Virus record (IMG/VR): IMGVR_UViG_3300046642_000603
Coordinates: 1 to 64,000 of that record
DNA from: a virus
Lineage: Duplodnaviria > Caudoviricetes
Reading direction: 5' to 3' (one strand)
DNA length: 64,000 nucleotides
Numbering within the stretch: position 1 is the first letter of the stretch; each line of letters opens with the position of its first letter. Shown piece after piece: positions 47,926-57,405 of the stretch. Position numbers and translations under genes: made by a program. Under the pieces are notes generated by a model. That model was not told where the DNA came from. It searched no databases and saw nothing but the letters and a program-made list of their open reading frames with translations.

Positions 47926-47990
47926 TTGACGAGACGTATTGAAGGCGACTAGCTTCGTCCTGTCACCAACCACCCCGCCCGAATAAGGAG
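47926..47990 (+). promoter_or_regulatory. Host-sigma promoter plus leader
   Basis: TTGACG-N18-TAGCTT; CCAACCACCCCGCCC...AAGGAG. Confidence 0.65.
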
Positions 47991-47996
47991 CGAACC

Positions 47997-48419
47997 ATGG
48001 TCGAGGCCACCACCCCCGAGCCGACGTTCACCGCCCAGCTCACCCGCGCACAGGTCACCGCCCTCCTGATCGACGGCAACGCCGTCCACTTCCCCGGCCT
48101 GGACAGCTCGGACTCCACGGTCAAGTTCTTCGCCGAGCTGAAGGACTGGTACCTGGAGAACAAGACCGACACGGCCCCCGCGTACTGGGCGCAGGTCAAG
48201 GGCCGCCACGAGGGCGCCGGGTGGTACACGGTCGGATCCTCCGAGAAGGATGGCCACGACGCCGCCTGGGGCGAACTGACCAACGAGATGCAGCGCCGGG
48301 GCCTGCGCTACGGCGAGCTGGCCGCGCACATCGCCGACATGGAGAACGGTCACGAGCTGGGCGCCGAGGACGGCACAATGTTCCGCATCCTCAAGCCCGG
48401 CCAGGAGATCACCCAGTGA
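47997..48419 (+). CDS. Hypothetical protein
   Basis: RBS; clean ORF. Confidence 0.65.
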   Translation: MVEATTPEPTFTAQLTRAQVTALLIDGNAVHFPGLDSSDSTVKFFAELKDWYLENKTDTAPAYWAQVKGRHEGAGWYTVGSSEKDGHDAAWGELTNEMQRRGLRYGELAAHIADMENGHELGAEDGTMFRILKPGQEITQ

Positions 48420-48877
48420 GTACACCCCCCATGGTCTGCCAGACCTGCAAGCGCCCCCTGGAGCGCCACATCGAGAAGGGGACGGGGGAGGAGTCCTGGC
48501 AGCACCACGAACAGGACTCCCTCTCCGGGCACAAGGCAATTCCCGTGGAACCCGAGGGCGGAAAAGTCCACGGCCGCTGCGACTTCTGCAACCAGGATCT
48601 GGGAGCGGAAAAGTTCCTCCTGCCGGTGGCGGATTTCGTGGCGGGACGGCATCCGGTCAGCGGCAAGATGCAGGGCTACGAGGGCGACTGGATGGCCTGC
48701 GGAATCTGCGCCGCGCTGATCGACACCAACCAGTGGTCGGCGCTGCTGCGCAGGGTCCAGCACTCCTGGGAGAAGGACCACGGGATGCCCGCCCCGCAGG
48801 ACAAGAAGACCGGCTGGGCCCACCTGTACCGGCTGCTGCGGCGCAACATCACCGGAGCGCTCCGCCCGGCCGAGTAG
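48416..48877 (+). CDS. Cys-rich hypothetical protein
   Basis: CQTC, CDFC, WMACGICAALI. Confidence 0.65.
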   Translation: MSTPPMVCQTCKRPLERHIEKGTGEESWQHHEQDSLSGHKAIPVEPEGGKVHGRCDFCNQDLGAEKFLLPVADFVAGRHPVSGKMQGYEGDWMACGICAALIDTNQWSALLRRVQHSWEKDHGMPAPQDKKTGWAHLYRLLRRNITGALRPAE

Positions 48878-48890
48878 GCCCGGGACATGA

Positions 48891-48932
48891 CGAAGGCCCC
48901 CACCGAATCGAGCTGGCCGGTGGGGGCCTTCG
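48891..48932 (+). terminator. Terminator (repeat family)
   Basis: CGAAGGCCCCCACCG...CGGTGGGGGCCTTCG. Confidence 0.7.
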
Positions 48933-48972
48933 GTGTCCATGAGAACACGCGAAAGCTGCTGAGGCAAACGGG

Positions 48973-49035
48973 TAGACAACGGCTTCCAGAAGCCGTAATC
49001 TCATGCGAGTCAACAACCCGCCCCGCATCAGGAGG
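48973..49035 (+). promoter_or_regulatory. Promoter with palindromic spacer plus leader
   Basis: TAGACA-N17-TAATCT; spacer ACGGCTTC-CA-GAAGCCGT; CAACCCGCCCC...CAGGAGG. Confidence 0.65.
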
Positions 49036-49040
49036 CCCGC

Positions 49041-50708
49041 ATGTCCGCGCGAATCGACAGCTACCAGCTCGCCACCACCCTCGCGAAGATCGAGAAGATC
49101 AACGACCGCGCGGCCAAGCGGGGCCTGTCCGGCCGCCTGGACCTGGACGTGACCGAGGTCGAGGTGAAGACCAAGGACGACCTGGGCTTCGAGGTCGTCG
49201 AGATCCTGTACGACGTCTTCTTCACGGGCGAGGCGCCCAAGCACAACGGCTGGACCTTCCTCGCCACCCTGGACTGGGACGAGAACGCCGGTCTCATCGT
49301 GCGCACCGCGCCCGGCGTCCACTCCGTCGACCGCGAGGCCGTCCGCGAGGGCGTCTGCGACCACTGCAAGAAGATCCGCACCCGCCGCGAGACCTTCCTC
49401 GTCAAGCACGAGGAGACCGGCGAGGAGAAGCAGATCGGCCGCTCCTGCATCAAGGACTTCCTCGGCTGGGACACCACCGTCGCCTGGCCCACCAGCCCCG
49501 CCGACGACGACGAGGAGAAGGAGTTCTACGGCATGGGCGGCGGGGACCGCGACGTGTCCACCGAGACCGTCCTCGCCTACGCCTGGGCCTGCGTCAAGGC
49601 GTTCGGTTTCGTCCGCAGCCAGGACTACCACGCCACCCCCACCGTGCGGCTCGTGCGCAACGCGCTCTCCCCCTCCCGCGCCAAGCGTGACCGGGAGTTC
49701 GCCGACAAGATGGCGCCGCTGGCCGGGGAGGCCAAGGGCAAGGCCGCCGAGATCCGCGCGTTCATCCTCTCCGACGACTTCTCCGGCACCTCGGAGTACG
49801 TCACCAACCTGAAGGCCATCGCGGGCGCCAAGATGGTCTCCTCGCGCAACTTCGGCATCCTCGTCTCCGCCCCGCAGGCGTGGGCCCGCTTCAACGAGCA
49901 GACCCTCATCCGCAAGCAGCGCGAGGGCAAGCCGTCCGAGTGGATCGGCACCGCGCCCGACAAGGCCGCCGGGGTCAAGGGCTCGCGTATCACCTTCACC
50001 GGCATCGTGGAGTCCATCCGCTACATCGACAGCGTGTACGGCTCGACCACCCTCTACCAGGTGCGCGCCGAGGACTCCGGCGTCGTCGTGAAGTGGTTCG
50101 CCTCCAGCCACGCGCTGGGCGAGGACACGGGCGTGCGCGTCACCCTCCGGGGCACCGTCAAGGCGCACGACGAGTACAAGGGCACCAAGGCCACCGTCCT
50201 CACCCGCTGCACCCTCGTCGAGGACCACGTGACCGAGCCGAAGCCGTACGAGATCGACGCGGTCAAGAAGGCCCGCACCCCGCGCAAGAAGGCCGCTGCG
50301 GCTCCCGTCGAGGAGACCCCGGCCCCTGCGCCCGTCGTCGAGGAGATCGCCCCGGAAATCGCCGAGGAGACCCCGCAGAACACCGAGTCGGATTCTGTCG
50401 CGGACACCACGGCGAACGACGACCAGAATCGCCTGGCGTACTACGCGGGCGGGGCGGACGGATTCGCCCGCTCGATCGCCGAGAACACCGAGGAGGAATC
50501 CCGGTTCCGCGCCCGGATGGATTCCCGTCAGATGTGGGTCCGGCTCGGTGAGGACGTCGAGCTGATGTCCATGGCGGATGCCTTCGACCTGATGGCCCAG
50601 GCATACGCCGATGGCGCCGAGTGGGTCGACGGGGTCGGCATCGACGCCGCCAACTGGGACGGCCTGCTGCTGGCCATCGGCCAGGCCGCCGAGGCCGCCA
50701 CCGTCTGA
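49041..50708 (+). CDS. Large hypothetical protein (Zn knuckle plus probable OB fold)
   Basis: CDHC...R.R...QIGRSCIKDFLG; YGSTTLY...VKWFAS...LRGTVKAH.EYKG. Confidence 0.7.
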   Translation: MSARIDSYQLATTLAKIEKINDRAAKRGLSGRLDLDVTEVEVKTKDDLGFEVVEILYDVFFTGEAPKHNGWTFLATLDWDENAGLIVRTAPGVHSVDREAVREGVCDHCKKIRTRRETFLVKHEETGEEKQIGRSCIKDFLGWDTTVAWPTSPADDDEEKEFYGMGGGDRDVSTETVLAYAWACVKAFGFVRSQDYHATPTVRLVRNALSPSRAKRDREFADKMAPLAGEAKGKAAEIRAFILSDDFSGTSEYVTNLKAIAGAKMVSSRNFGILVSAPQAWARFNEQTLIRKQREGKPSEWIGTAPDKAAGVKGSRITFTGIVESIRYIDSVYGSTTLYQVRAEDSGVVVKWFASSHALGEDTGVRVTLRGTVKAHDEYKGTKATVLTRCTLVEDHVTEPKPYEIDAVKKARTPRKKAAAAPVEETPAPAPVVEEIAPEIAEETPQNTESDSVADTTANDDQNRLAYYAGGADGFARSIAENTEEESRFRARMDSRQMWVRLGEDVELMSMADAFDLMAQAYADGAEWVDGVGIDAANWDGLLLAIGQAAEAATV

Positions 50709-50720
50709 CCCCGGGCATGC

Positions 50721-50760
50721 AAAAGGCCCCCACCGCGTCCCGCTGGCCGGTGGGGGCCCT
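50721..50760 (+). terminator. Terminator (repeat family)
   Basis: AGGCCCCCACCG...GGCCGGTGGGGGCC. Confidence 0.65.
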
Positions 50761-50915
50761 GTTGTGTCCGGCCCCCAGGAGAACACACCCCCGCCGGGGC
50801 CGCTGGTCACAGCTTCATAACGTCTTGTAAATCCATGTGCTCAAAGGGCTTGACAAGGGGTTCCCCCTACGGAAAAGTCAGCGCTCCCACCACACACGTA
50901 CGAAGGAGCGACACC

Positions 50916-52067
50916 ATGGACACGATCTCCGGTTACAAGCTGGCGCAGGTCGGCAAGGGCAAGACCGCGCACTACAGCACCGGCAACGACGAGACCGTCT
51001 GCGGGCGCCTGGTCACCACCTACGTCAGCTTCGGCGACGCGGCCAACATGCCGGGCGGCTTCTGCTCCCGCTGCTCCCGCTACGTCGACACGCACGGCGA
51101 CTACCAGGGTTACGACGCGGAGACCGGCGCCCGCTTCCTGTCCATCACGAACCCGCGCCCGGAGGCGGTCGACCTGACCGGCCACTACGAGCCCAACGAG
51201 CCCGGCGCCCGCACCCTGCGCGACGCCCGCCCGCTGCACATCGACGGCAAGCGCGTGACGGTGTCCATCGAGGGCGACCAGCTTTACCTGTACGTCGGCA
51301 CCACGTGGCTTTACAGCGGCCCCATCCCGGCGGAGATCAAGACCCGCGCCGACGTGAACCCCTGGGCCGCCCGCACCGCGCTGGCCGACCCCGCCAAGTG
51401 GGCCCAGGTGGGCGCCCGCATCTCCACCAGCCTCGGCCGTGGCACGGTCACCGGCCGCACCATCTGGGACGACGGCACGTACGCCGTGGTCTACCGCGCC
51501 GACAAGCGCGACGGTGACGACTGGGTGATCACGGCCGGTTCCGAGCACCTGGGCCGACTGTGCGTCATGTGCGACACCATCGGCGACTCGGACGACGACC
51601 CGGAGTACCCCGCCCGGTTCTCGCGGTTCGGCGCCTACCTGTGCGGCTTCTGCGCCCACGCCTACACCGGCCGCTACGTGGCCCGCATGATGCCGGGCCG
51701 TCCCGAGGACGGCTGGGCGATCTTCGACCGTGAGCTGATCATGTGGACGACCCTCCGCATGACCGAGGACGACGCCAACGCCCGCGCCGAGGAGCTGAAC
51801 GCGCGCCAGGAGCCCCAGGAAGCCCCCCAGGGCGGCCGCGCGTCGCTGTCCGGCCTCCCGCTGCCCGTGGTGACCGTTGCGGAGGCCCTGGAGCTGCTGA
51901 AGCCCGTTGCGTACACCCCCGCGCCGACGTCGGTCTACGTGACGACCGAGGGCGGCGAGCGCATCGAGTACGCGCACGTCCCGAGCGGCGACCTGGACCG
52001 CGTCGCGCACTTCCTGGACGCCGCCCGCGCCGTCCCCGCGTTCCGGGACGTGTCCACCACCCGCTAG
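50916..52067 (+). CDS. Multidomain hypothetical protein
   Basis: AAGGAG RBS; TTGACA at 50850 upstream; several Cys pairs. Confidence 0.65.
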   Translation: MDTISGYKLAQVGKGKTAHYSTGNDETVCGRLVTTYVSFGDAANMPGGFCSRCSRYVDTHGDYQGYDAETGARFLSITNPRPEAVDLTGHYEPNEPGARTLRDARPLHIDGKRVTVSIEGDQLYLYVGTTWLYSGPIPAEIKTRADVNPWAARTALADPAKWAQVGARISTSLGRGTVTGRTIWDDGTYAVVYRADKRDGDDWVITAGSEHLGRLCVMCDTIGDSDDDPEYPARFSRFGAYLCGFCAHAYTGRYVARMMPGRPEDGWAIFDRELIMWTTLRMTEDDANARAEELNARQEPQEAPQGGRASLSGLPLPVVTVAEALELLKPVAYTPAPTSVYVTTEGGERIEYAHVPSGDLDRVAHFLDAARAVPAFRDVSTTR

Positions 52068-52117
52068 CCCTGGGTCACAACTCTATAAAGACTTGTCCAC
52101 TGATCCCCGAAACTGGC

Positions 52118-52184
52118 TTTACAAGTCGTAATCGGGGGCTAGTGTGAGCACACAACAACACACCAACCGCCCCGCAACAGGAGG
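52118..52184 (+). promoter_or_regulatory. Promoter plus conserved leader
   Basis: TTTACA-N16-TAGTGT; CCAACCGCCCC...CAGGAGG. Confidence 0.55.
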
Positions 52185-52190
52185 CCCCCA

Positions 52191-52934
52191 ATGCGTACCG
52201 CCAACGTCCCCGCCCTGACCGTCTCGCCCATCCGCGCCATCGTCGAGGGCTCGCGCAACTTCTGCGCCAAGGCCGGACTGTCCACCCGCGACCACTGGGA
52301 CTACTCCCGCGTCATCGTCGCCCCCTCGGCCGTCGAGAAGATCGCCGCCGCGTACGGGGAACTGCCGTTCATCGACAACGCCGCCCCGGCCGCCTGGCGC
52401 GCCATGGCCGAGGGCGTCAAGCGGCAGTACGAGTTCATGACCGCCCCCGCGTCGCGTGGCGGCCTCGGCATCGCCGTGAGCGTCGAGGACGCCGACCCCT
52501 ACGACATGGACAAGCAGGGCACCCGCGCGTTCTTCGAGGACGTCCGCAACGGCCGCATGCGCATCCTGGCGACGGCCGCCACGGGCGGGCACTTCTTCTT
52601 CGACGACGACACGAACGACATGTTCCGCGCCGTGCACGACGTGTTCGGCCACTGCGGCACCGGGCGCGGCGTCGACCGCCACGGCGAGGAGGCCGCGTTC
52701 CGTAAGCACTCCCTGATGTTCTCCCCCCTCGCCCGCAAGGCGCTGGCCACGGAGACCCGCGCGCAGAATCACGCGATGATCGCCGCCGGGGGCGTCTTCC
52801 AGACGCAGAAGGTCGCCGTAATGCCGCACTGGGCCCGCCAGTTCGAGGCGGTCCGCCCGGCCTCGCTCGCGGAGTACCGCGCCACGTTCAAGCAGGCGCA
52901 GAAGATGCACGCCGCGCAGGGCCTCGCCGAGTAG
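52191..52934 (+). CDS. HDxxGH putative metal-binding protein
   Basis: NDMFRAVHDVFGH...GEEAAF..H..MFS..A..ALATETRAQN. Confidence 0.65.
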   Translation: MRTANVPALTVSPIRAIVEGSRNFCAKAGLSTRDHWDYSRVIVAPSAVEKIAAAYGELPFIDNAAPAAWRAMAEGVKRQYEFMTAPASRGGLGIAVSVEDADPYDMDKQGTRAFFEDVRNGRMRILATAATGGHFFFDDDTNDMFRAVHDVFGHCGTGRGVDRHGEEAAFRKHSLMFSPLARKALATETRAQNHAMIAAGGVFQTQKVAVMPHWARQFEAVRPASLAEYRATFKQAQKMHAAQGLAE

Positions 52935-53007
52935 CACCCGCCCCACACCACGGGGGCCGGGGAAGCGCTCCGGCCCCCTCCCACTCACCCCAGGGAGGCC
53001 CCCCCCC

Positions 53008-53439
53008 ATGCTCCGCACCGTCTACGGCTGCCCGACCACCACGCCCCACCCCGCCCACGACTGGACGGCCGCCCGCTTCGGCCGCGTCTCCTGTGACGGT
53101 CTGGAGCCCGTCCCCGCCACCCTCGCGCAGGACCTGACCGCCCGGTTCCCCGGCGTCCGCGTCTCCCTGGAAACGAACGGTGCAGGGTTCGTGATCCTGT
53201 CCGTTCTGATCGTCCCCAAGGGGGAGCGCAACAACGGCTCCGGCTCGGCCGTCATGGGCGAACTGACCGCCTACGCCGACGCGCACGGCCTGCCCCTGGC
53301 CACCACCCCTAGCCCCGACTTTGGCGGGAGCGTCCGGCGCCTCACCGCCTTTTACCGCCGGTTTGGGTTCGCGCCCAACAAGGGACGCGCCCGCGACTAC
53401 GGCACGCAGGAAACCATGATCCGCCGCCCCCAGCACTGA
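53008..53439 (+). CDS. GNAT-family acetyltransferase
   Basis: VPKGERNNGSGSAVM (motif A), RLTAFYRRFGF (motif B). Confidence 0.75.
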   Translation: MLRTVYGCPTTTPHPAHDWTAARFGRVSCDGLEPVPATLAQDLTARFPGVRVSLETNGAGFVILSVLIVPKGERNNGSGSAVMGELTAYADAHGLPLATTPSPDFGGSVRRLTAFYRRFGFAPNKGRARDYGTQETMIRRPQH

Positions 53440-53475
53440 CCAACCAACCCGCCCCACATCAGGAGGACAACCCCC

Positions 53476-53991
53476 ATGCGCATCACGCACACCACCGCCG
53501 CCATGGTCGCCGCCCACCTCGGCGCCCTCACCCATGAGCGCGTGTCCGTCCAGGTCGGCACCGGCCGCGACGGTCACGGGTACCGCGTCACCGTCTCCGC
53601 CTCCCCGCTGGCGCGACAGCTCACGTGGGATTCCGCGCGCAACGAAGGACGCCAGGCCGTCGCGTACATGCTCGGCGCCGTGGACGCCTACACCGACGGG
53701 GAAGCCTTCGACCGTACGCCGTTCCTGGCCGACCTGCGCCGCGTCCTGGCATGGCGCCCCGAACTGGCCGACTCCCTGGAAATGGGCCGCGAGGATGGCA
53801 CCGCCGCCCGCCCCACCACCCCCGCGCCCCTCGGCGTCGGCGACGAATACACCGGCATTGCGACCAACGGTCACCGCATGGTCTACACCGTCGCCGGGTT
53901 CTACGAGGACGGCACGCCCCGCGCGGCCAACGGGAGCGCGTACCACGCCGACACCTGCCCGTGTGTGACCGAAGCTGAGACCGACTACTGA
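53476..53991 (+). CDS. Hypothetical protein
   Basis: Leader motif plus AGGAGG. Confidence 0.65.
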   Translation: MRITHTTAAMVAAHLGALTHERVSVQVGTGRDGHGYRVTVSASPLARQLTWDSARNEGRQAVAYMLGAVDAYTDGEAFDRTPFLADLRRVLAWRPELADSLEMGREDGTAARPTTPAPLGVGDEYTGIATNGHRMVYTVAGFYEDGTPRAANGSAYHADTCPCVTEAETDY

Positions 53992-54010
53992 CCGCCTGAA
54001 CGGCCCTACG

Positions 54011-54052
54011 CAGCCCCTCACCGCCCTTTCTCGGGCCGGTGGGGGGCTTCTT
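54011..54052 (+). terminator. Terminator (repeat family)
   Basis: AGCCCCTCACCG...GGCCGGTGGGGGGCT-TCTT. Confidence 0.6.
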
Positions 54053-54923
54053 CGTGTTCGCCTCCACCACGGGGATACAGGGCCACCCAGGTAATGCCGT
54101 GCTCCGAGTGCCACCGCTTCCCACGGCACACCGCGTGCAGTCCGTCCGTGCACATCTCACACCGCAGCACGCCCGCTGAGTGCTTCAACAGGCACCCGCG
54201 CCAGCCCGGCTGATATCGGGCCAGGGAGCGCCGTACAGAGCTGTTCAGGGCATGCGCTGCGGCGTCCACCGTGGGGAACTCTCCCCATGCCTGGCCGTAC
54301 CCCAACGCGCCCCAAGACATACCTACGCCCATACGTCAAGGGTCCCACCATGCCGACCGCATGGCCAGGGATTCCGGGGCCGGGGGAAGGCTCCCCACTG
54401 CTGCTCTCCCTGGTAGACACAGCACTGACACACGTACGGCCATGCGGTCGCCAGGCTCACAGTCAATACGCCGTAACTCCCTGGCCCCCCTGGTTGTCGA
54501 GTTGCTACAGCGAACCCCACCCCTCCATATGTCGGGGCATATTTGCAGCAACGTAAATCAGCGAATTGGGGTAGTGGCCTCATGAATAACGCCGAATTGC
54601 CATGCATAATATGCGTCGATCCCAGGGGTTGACAGGCCCAAGGGGGTGTGTATGGGTGCTGGGAGTGGTGCAGGTCACACCAAAAGCAAGGGTGCAGATA
54701 CTGAAAGGAAGCGCGAGGCTTGATATTGCCCGGCTCAGGGGATTGACGGGCCGCGTGTCAATAGTGTAGGGCCAATGAATAAATATTCGACCCCCCTACC
54801 CTTAAGTGCAAATTTGCAGAAGCAAAGGGCCTAGACAGCCGCGCAGCGCACCGATTGTGGGAATCGGACAGTGTCACAGTGCCAGGGGAATTCGGGGAAT
54901 TGGGGGCACCGGGAACTGGGGGA

Positions 54924-55115
54924 TCAGGGCTTGCGGGGTTCGAGGAAGACGCCGTAGGGACGCTCCTCGTAGGTAGCGTTGCCGTACCTGCGGAGGGTGC
55001 CGTGCACCACGGCGTTGTAGCCCATGCGGCGGGCGGTGGTCGTCAGCTTCCGGGCTTCGTCGAGTGCAGCGGCTCGGGTGCCGCGCCACATGAGTGCATC
55101 ACGCAGGTTTCGCAT
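54924..55115 (-). CDS. Probable leaderless small protein; the only credible minus-strand gene
   Basis: Minus-strand TTGCCG-N17-TAGCTT ends 6 nt before the ATG. Confidence 0.45.
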   Translation of the reverse strand: MRNLRDALMWRGTRAAALDEARKLTTTARRMGYNAVVHGTLRRYGNATYEERPYGVFLEPRKP

Positions 55116-55173
55116 GTATTTAAGCTAAACGGACTCGGTGATTCCGGCAACGCAAACGAGTTGACCAAACAGC

Positions 55174-55202
55174 TTGACAGGGCGGAGTGTGACCCATAGA
55201 GT
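55174..55202 (+). promoter_or_regulatory. Host-sigma promoter
   Basis: TTGACA-N17-TAGAGT. Confidence 0.75.
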
Positions 55203-55238
55203 TAACCCGTAATTGAGAACGGCGGAAGGGGAGTTGAG

Positions 55239-55436
55239 ATGGCGCAGGGCAAGGTCACCACCGGCTACACGGTCGAGCCCCGCACGGTGGACGGCAAGCG
55301 CATCTTCGCGGTCATGCGGGAGTACGTGTACCGGGGCAGCCCGGGGTCGCAGTTGGTCACGATCTACGGGGACGAGGGCGTCGCCGACAGCATCAGCGCG
55401 ACGCTCAACGTGAACAAGGGATCGGAGTACCGATGA
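55239..55436 (+). CDS. Hypothetical protein
   Basis: GGGGAG RBS after promoter. Confidence 0.6.
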   Translation: MAQGKVTTGYTVEPRTVDGKRIFAVMREYVYRGSPGSQLVTIYGDEGVADSISATLNVNKGSEYR

Positions 55437-55819
55437 GTGACGCACGCGAGCGGTTGCTCGGAATGACGGTCGACCACGCGCACTCGGGCAGGGTTGCATC
55501 CCGCCGGTCGGAGGCCGAGTCGCTGCTGGACAAGGTGATCGCGGCGGAGGCGCGGAGCGCCGAGGTGTACGTCCTGGCCATGAGCGTGGGGCCGGAGGCT
55601 GTGAGCACCGACCTGGAACTGCTCAAGCGGACTGCCGAGAAGAAGGAGGAGTGGGCGGCCTCGGAGTTCGAGTGGCGGCGCGATCCGTACATCGGCTGGA
55701 CCGAGCGCCTGCAACTCCACTACGTCTCCAAGAGCACCGGCCGTTGGAACAAGAGCGGGCACTACATCGACAGGGTGAAGGTGCTGGAAAAGGCCGGGCA
55801 GGCGCAGAGCGCCGAGTAG
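55433..55819 (+). CDS. Hypothetical protein
   Basis: ATGA coupling. Confidence 0.6.
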   Translation: MSDARERLLGMTVDHAHSGRVASRRSEAESLLDKVIAAEARSAEVYVLAMSVGPEAVSTDLELLKRTAEKKEEWAASEFEWRRDPYIGWTERLQLHYVSKSTGRWNKSGHYIDRVKVLEKAGQAQSAE

Positions 55820-55871
55820 GCTTACCGGCCCCAATTTCGATCATTTAAAAAGCGCGGGGAGGGTTTGGAAG

Positions 55872-56594
55872 ATGGCCAAGCTGAAGGATGACGGCGAGTT
55901 CACGGTCGAGGGAACGGTCACCATGTGGCTGCCCCTGGAACCGGAGGAGGGCGAGCGCCTGGAGATCAGTTCCTCGCAGACGATTAGCCCCCTCCAGGTG
56001 TGGGTCAGTGTGCACCCGGAGGACGGGCAGTGGGAGTTCGGCTCGATCATTGTGAAGGGGCGTCTGTACCGGAAGGACAACGCGGTCGGCGGGCGCTGGG
56101 CCGATCGGATGTACTCGGGCCCGCTGGACAAGGACTTCGAGGGACCGGACTGGCTGGTCGCCCTCCTGGAGAGGGAGATCCCCCGGCGCCTGAGCGGCCG
56201 GACGCAGGCGACAGAGGCCGGTTCGTGTGTCTCCCTCACGGACAAGCAGGTCTACGACCTCAACAACCGGCTGAACTCGAACCTCGGACTCCAGCCGACT
56301 CGCAAGGTGCTGGAGGACGTGCTCGGTACGTCGTCGGCGGCCCCGGCCGAGCCGGTCAAGGAGCGCAGCCCTCAGCGACGCTCCTTCGAGACTGCGCTCA
56401 ACGTGCTGCTGATCAAGGAGAACCTGGACGGAGCGGAGTGGGCGCTCCAGCAGATCCTCGACGAGGCCGAGATCCTTGACGGTGGCCCCGGGCTGGGGGA
56501 CACGGCCGTGGCGGAGTACCTGCGCACGCTGGTGGAGAAGGTCAGCGGCGGCCTGGACAAGCGGACGGCCGAGCTGGCCACGCGGGAGAACTGA
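55872..56594 (+). CDS. Hypothetical protein
   Basis: GGGAGG RBS; 240 aa. Confidence 0.6.
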   Translation: MAKLKDDGEFTVEGTVTMWLPLEPEEGERLEISSSQTISPLQVWVSVHPEDGQWEFGSIIVKGRLYRKDNAVGGRWADRMYSGPLDKDFEGPDWLVALLEREIPRRLSGRTQATEAGSCVSLTDKQVYDLNNRLNSNLGLQPTRKVLEDVLGTSSAAPAEPVKERSPQRRSFETALNVLLIKENLDGAEWALQQILDEAEILDGGPGLGDTAVAEYLRTLVEKVSGGLDKRTAELATREN

Positions 56595-56595
56595 C

Positions 56596-56931
56596 GTGAT
56601 AGAGCAGAGGGACCTAGAAGAGCAGCTCGCGCTCGATCTGGCGCCGCACGGCTGGGCGCGGGCGCCCCATACGAACGAGGGCAAACCTGCCGCGCCCGGC
56701 TGGAAGGTCTTCCTCTATAACGGCCTGGGCTACGCGGGCCTGTTGTGGTCGGAGCCGGACGACGGTGAGAACGCCGGGGAGGCGGGGTCCAGGCCCCTCG
56801 ACGACGCCGCGATGCGCATCGCGAACATGACCGCGATCCACGAGGTTCTGCTCAGCAGGGGGTACACGGCGGAGCTGGAGGTCGGACTCAACGACACTCC
56901 GCAGATCAGGATCACGCGCATTCCTGCCTGA
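56596..56931 (+). CDS. Hypothetical protein
   Basis: GGGAG then GTG. Confidence 0.55.
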   Translation: MIEQRDLEEQLALDLAPHGWARAPHTNEGKPAAPGWKVFLYNGLGYAGLLWSEPDDGENAGEAGSRPLDDAAMRIANMTAIHEVLLSRGYTAELEVGLNDTPQIRITRIPA

Positions 56932-57007
56932 CGTCGTACGCGCAGCGTGCGCTGAACAAGGTTGTGCAGGCGCTGGTGGAAGGGAGTTAGTGGATATGGG
57001 GGGCGTT

Positions 57008-57391
57008 ATGAGCAAGAGGGTATTGGCGGCTGTGGTCGTGCTGTTCGCGGTCGCCGGGTGTGGTGGGGCCGGGGGCTCGAAGGGGTCTGCGAAGCCGAGC
57101 GCGTCCAAGTCGGGGTACACCAAGGCGGTGGAGACCTGCTTCGTCGAGGTGATCAAGGCGGTGGACCTGACCTTGAGTACGGCCCAGGGTGCTCCGTCCG
57201 GGGTCGAGACCGAGGAGGAGTTCGCGGACTTCGGGGTGAAGGCTCAGGGGACGCCGACCTGGGACATCTACAAGACGTACGCGGACATGGGTGCCCGGGA
57301 TCTGGCGAAGGGGTCGTACGCCACGGCGACCGACGCTGTGGCGGCGTACGCGCCCTCGGTGAAGTTGGAGTGCGTGCGGGCGTACGGCTGA
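57008..57391 (+). CDS. Putative lipoprotein
   Basis: MSKR, hydrophobic stretch, VAGC lipobox. Confidence 0.65.
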   Translation: MSKRVLAAVVVLFAVAGCGGAGGSKGSAKPSASKSGYTKAVETCFVEVIKAVDLTLSTAQGAPSGVETEEEFADFGVKAQGTPTWDIYKTYADMGARDLAKGSYATATDAVAAYAPSVKLECVRAYG

Positions 57392-57405
57392 CGTAGGGCT
57401 GTAGG

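Noticed and set aside
2127-50810. Long minus-strand ORFs (2127-3947, 9853-11937, 17671-19989, 20694-22466, 48849-50810 and others)
   Set aside because: Antisense shadows of high-GC3 genes; no RBS or recognisable motifs
54018-54607. Short ORFs on both strands
   Set aside because: No RBS, atypical codon usage and mutual overlap; treated as non-coding
55115-55125. Minus-strand CTTAAATAC as a reverse copy of the motif
   Set aside because: Has a 1-nt insertion and is explained by the overlapping -10 element
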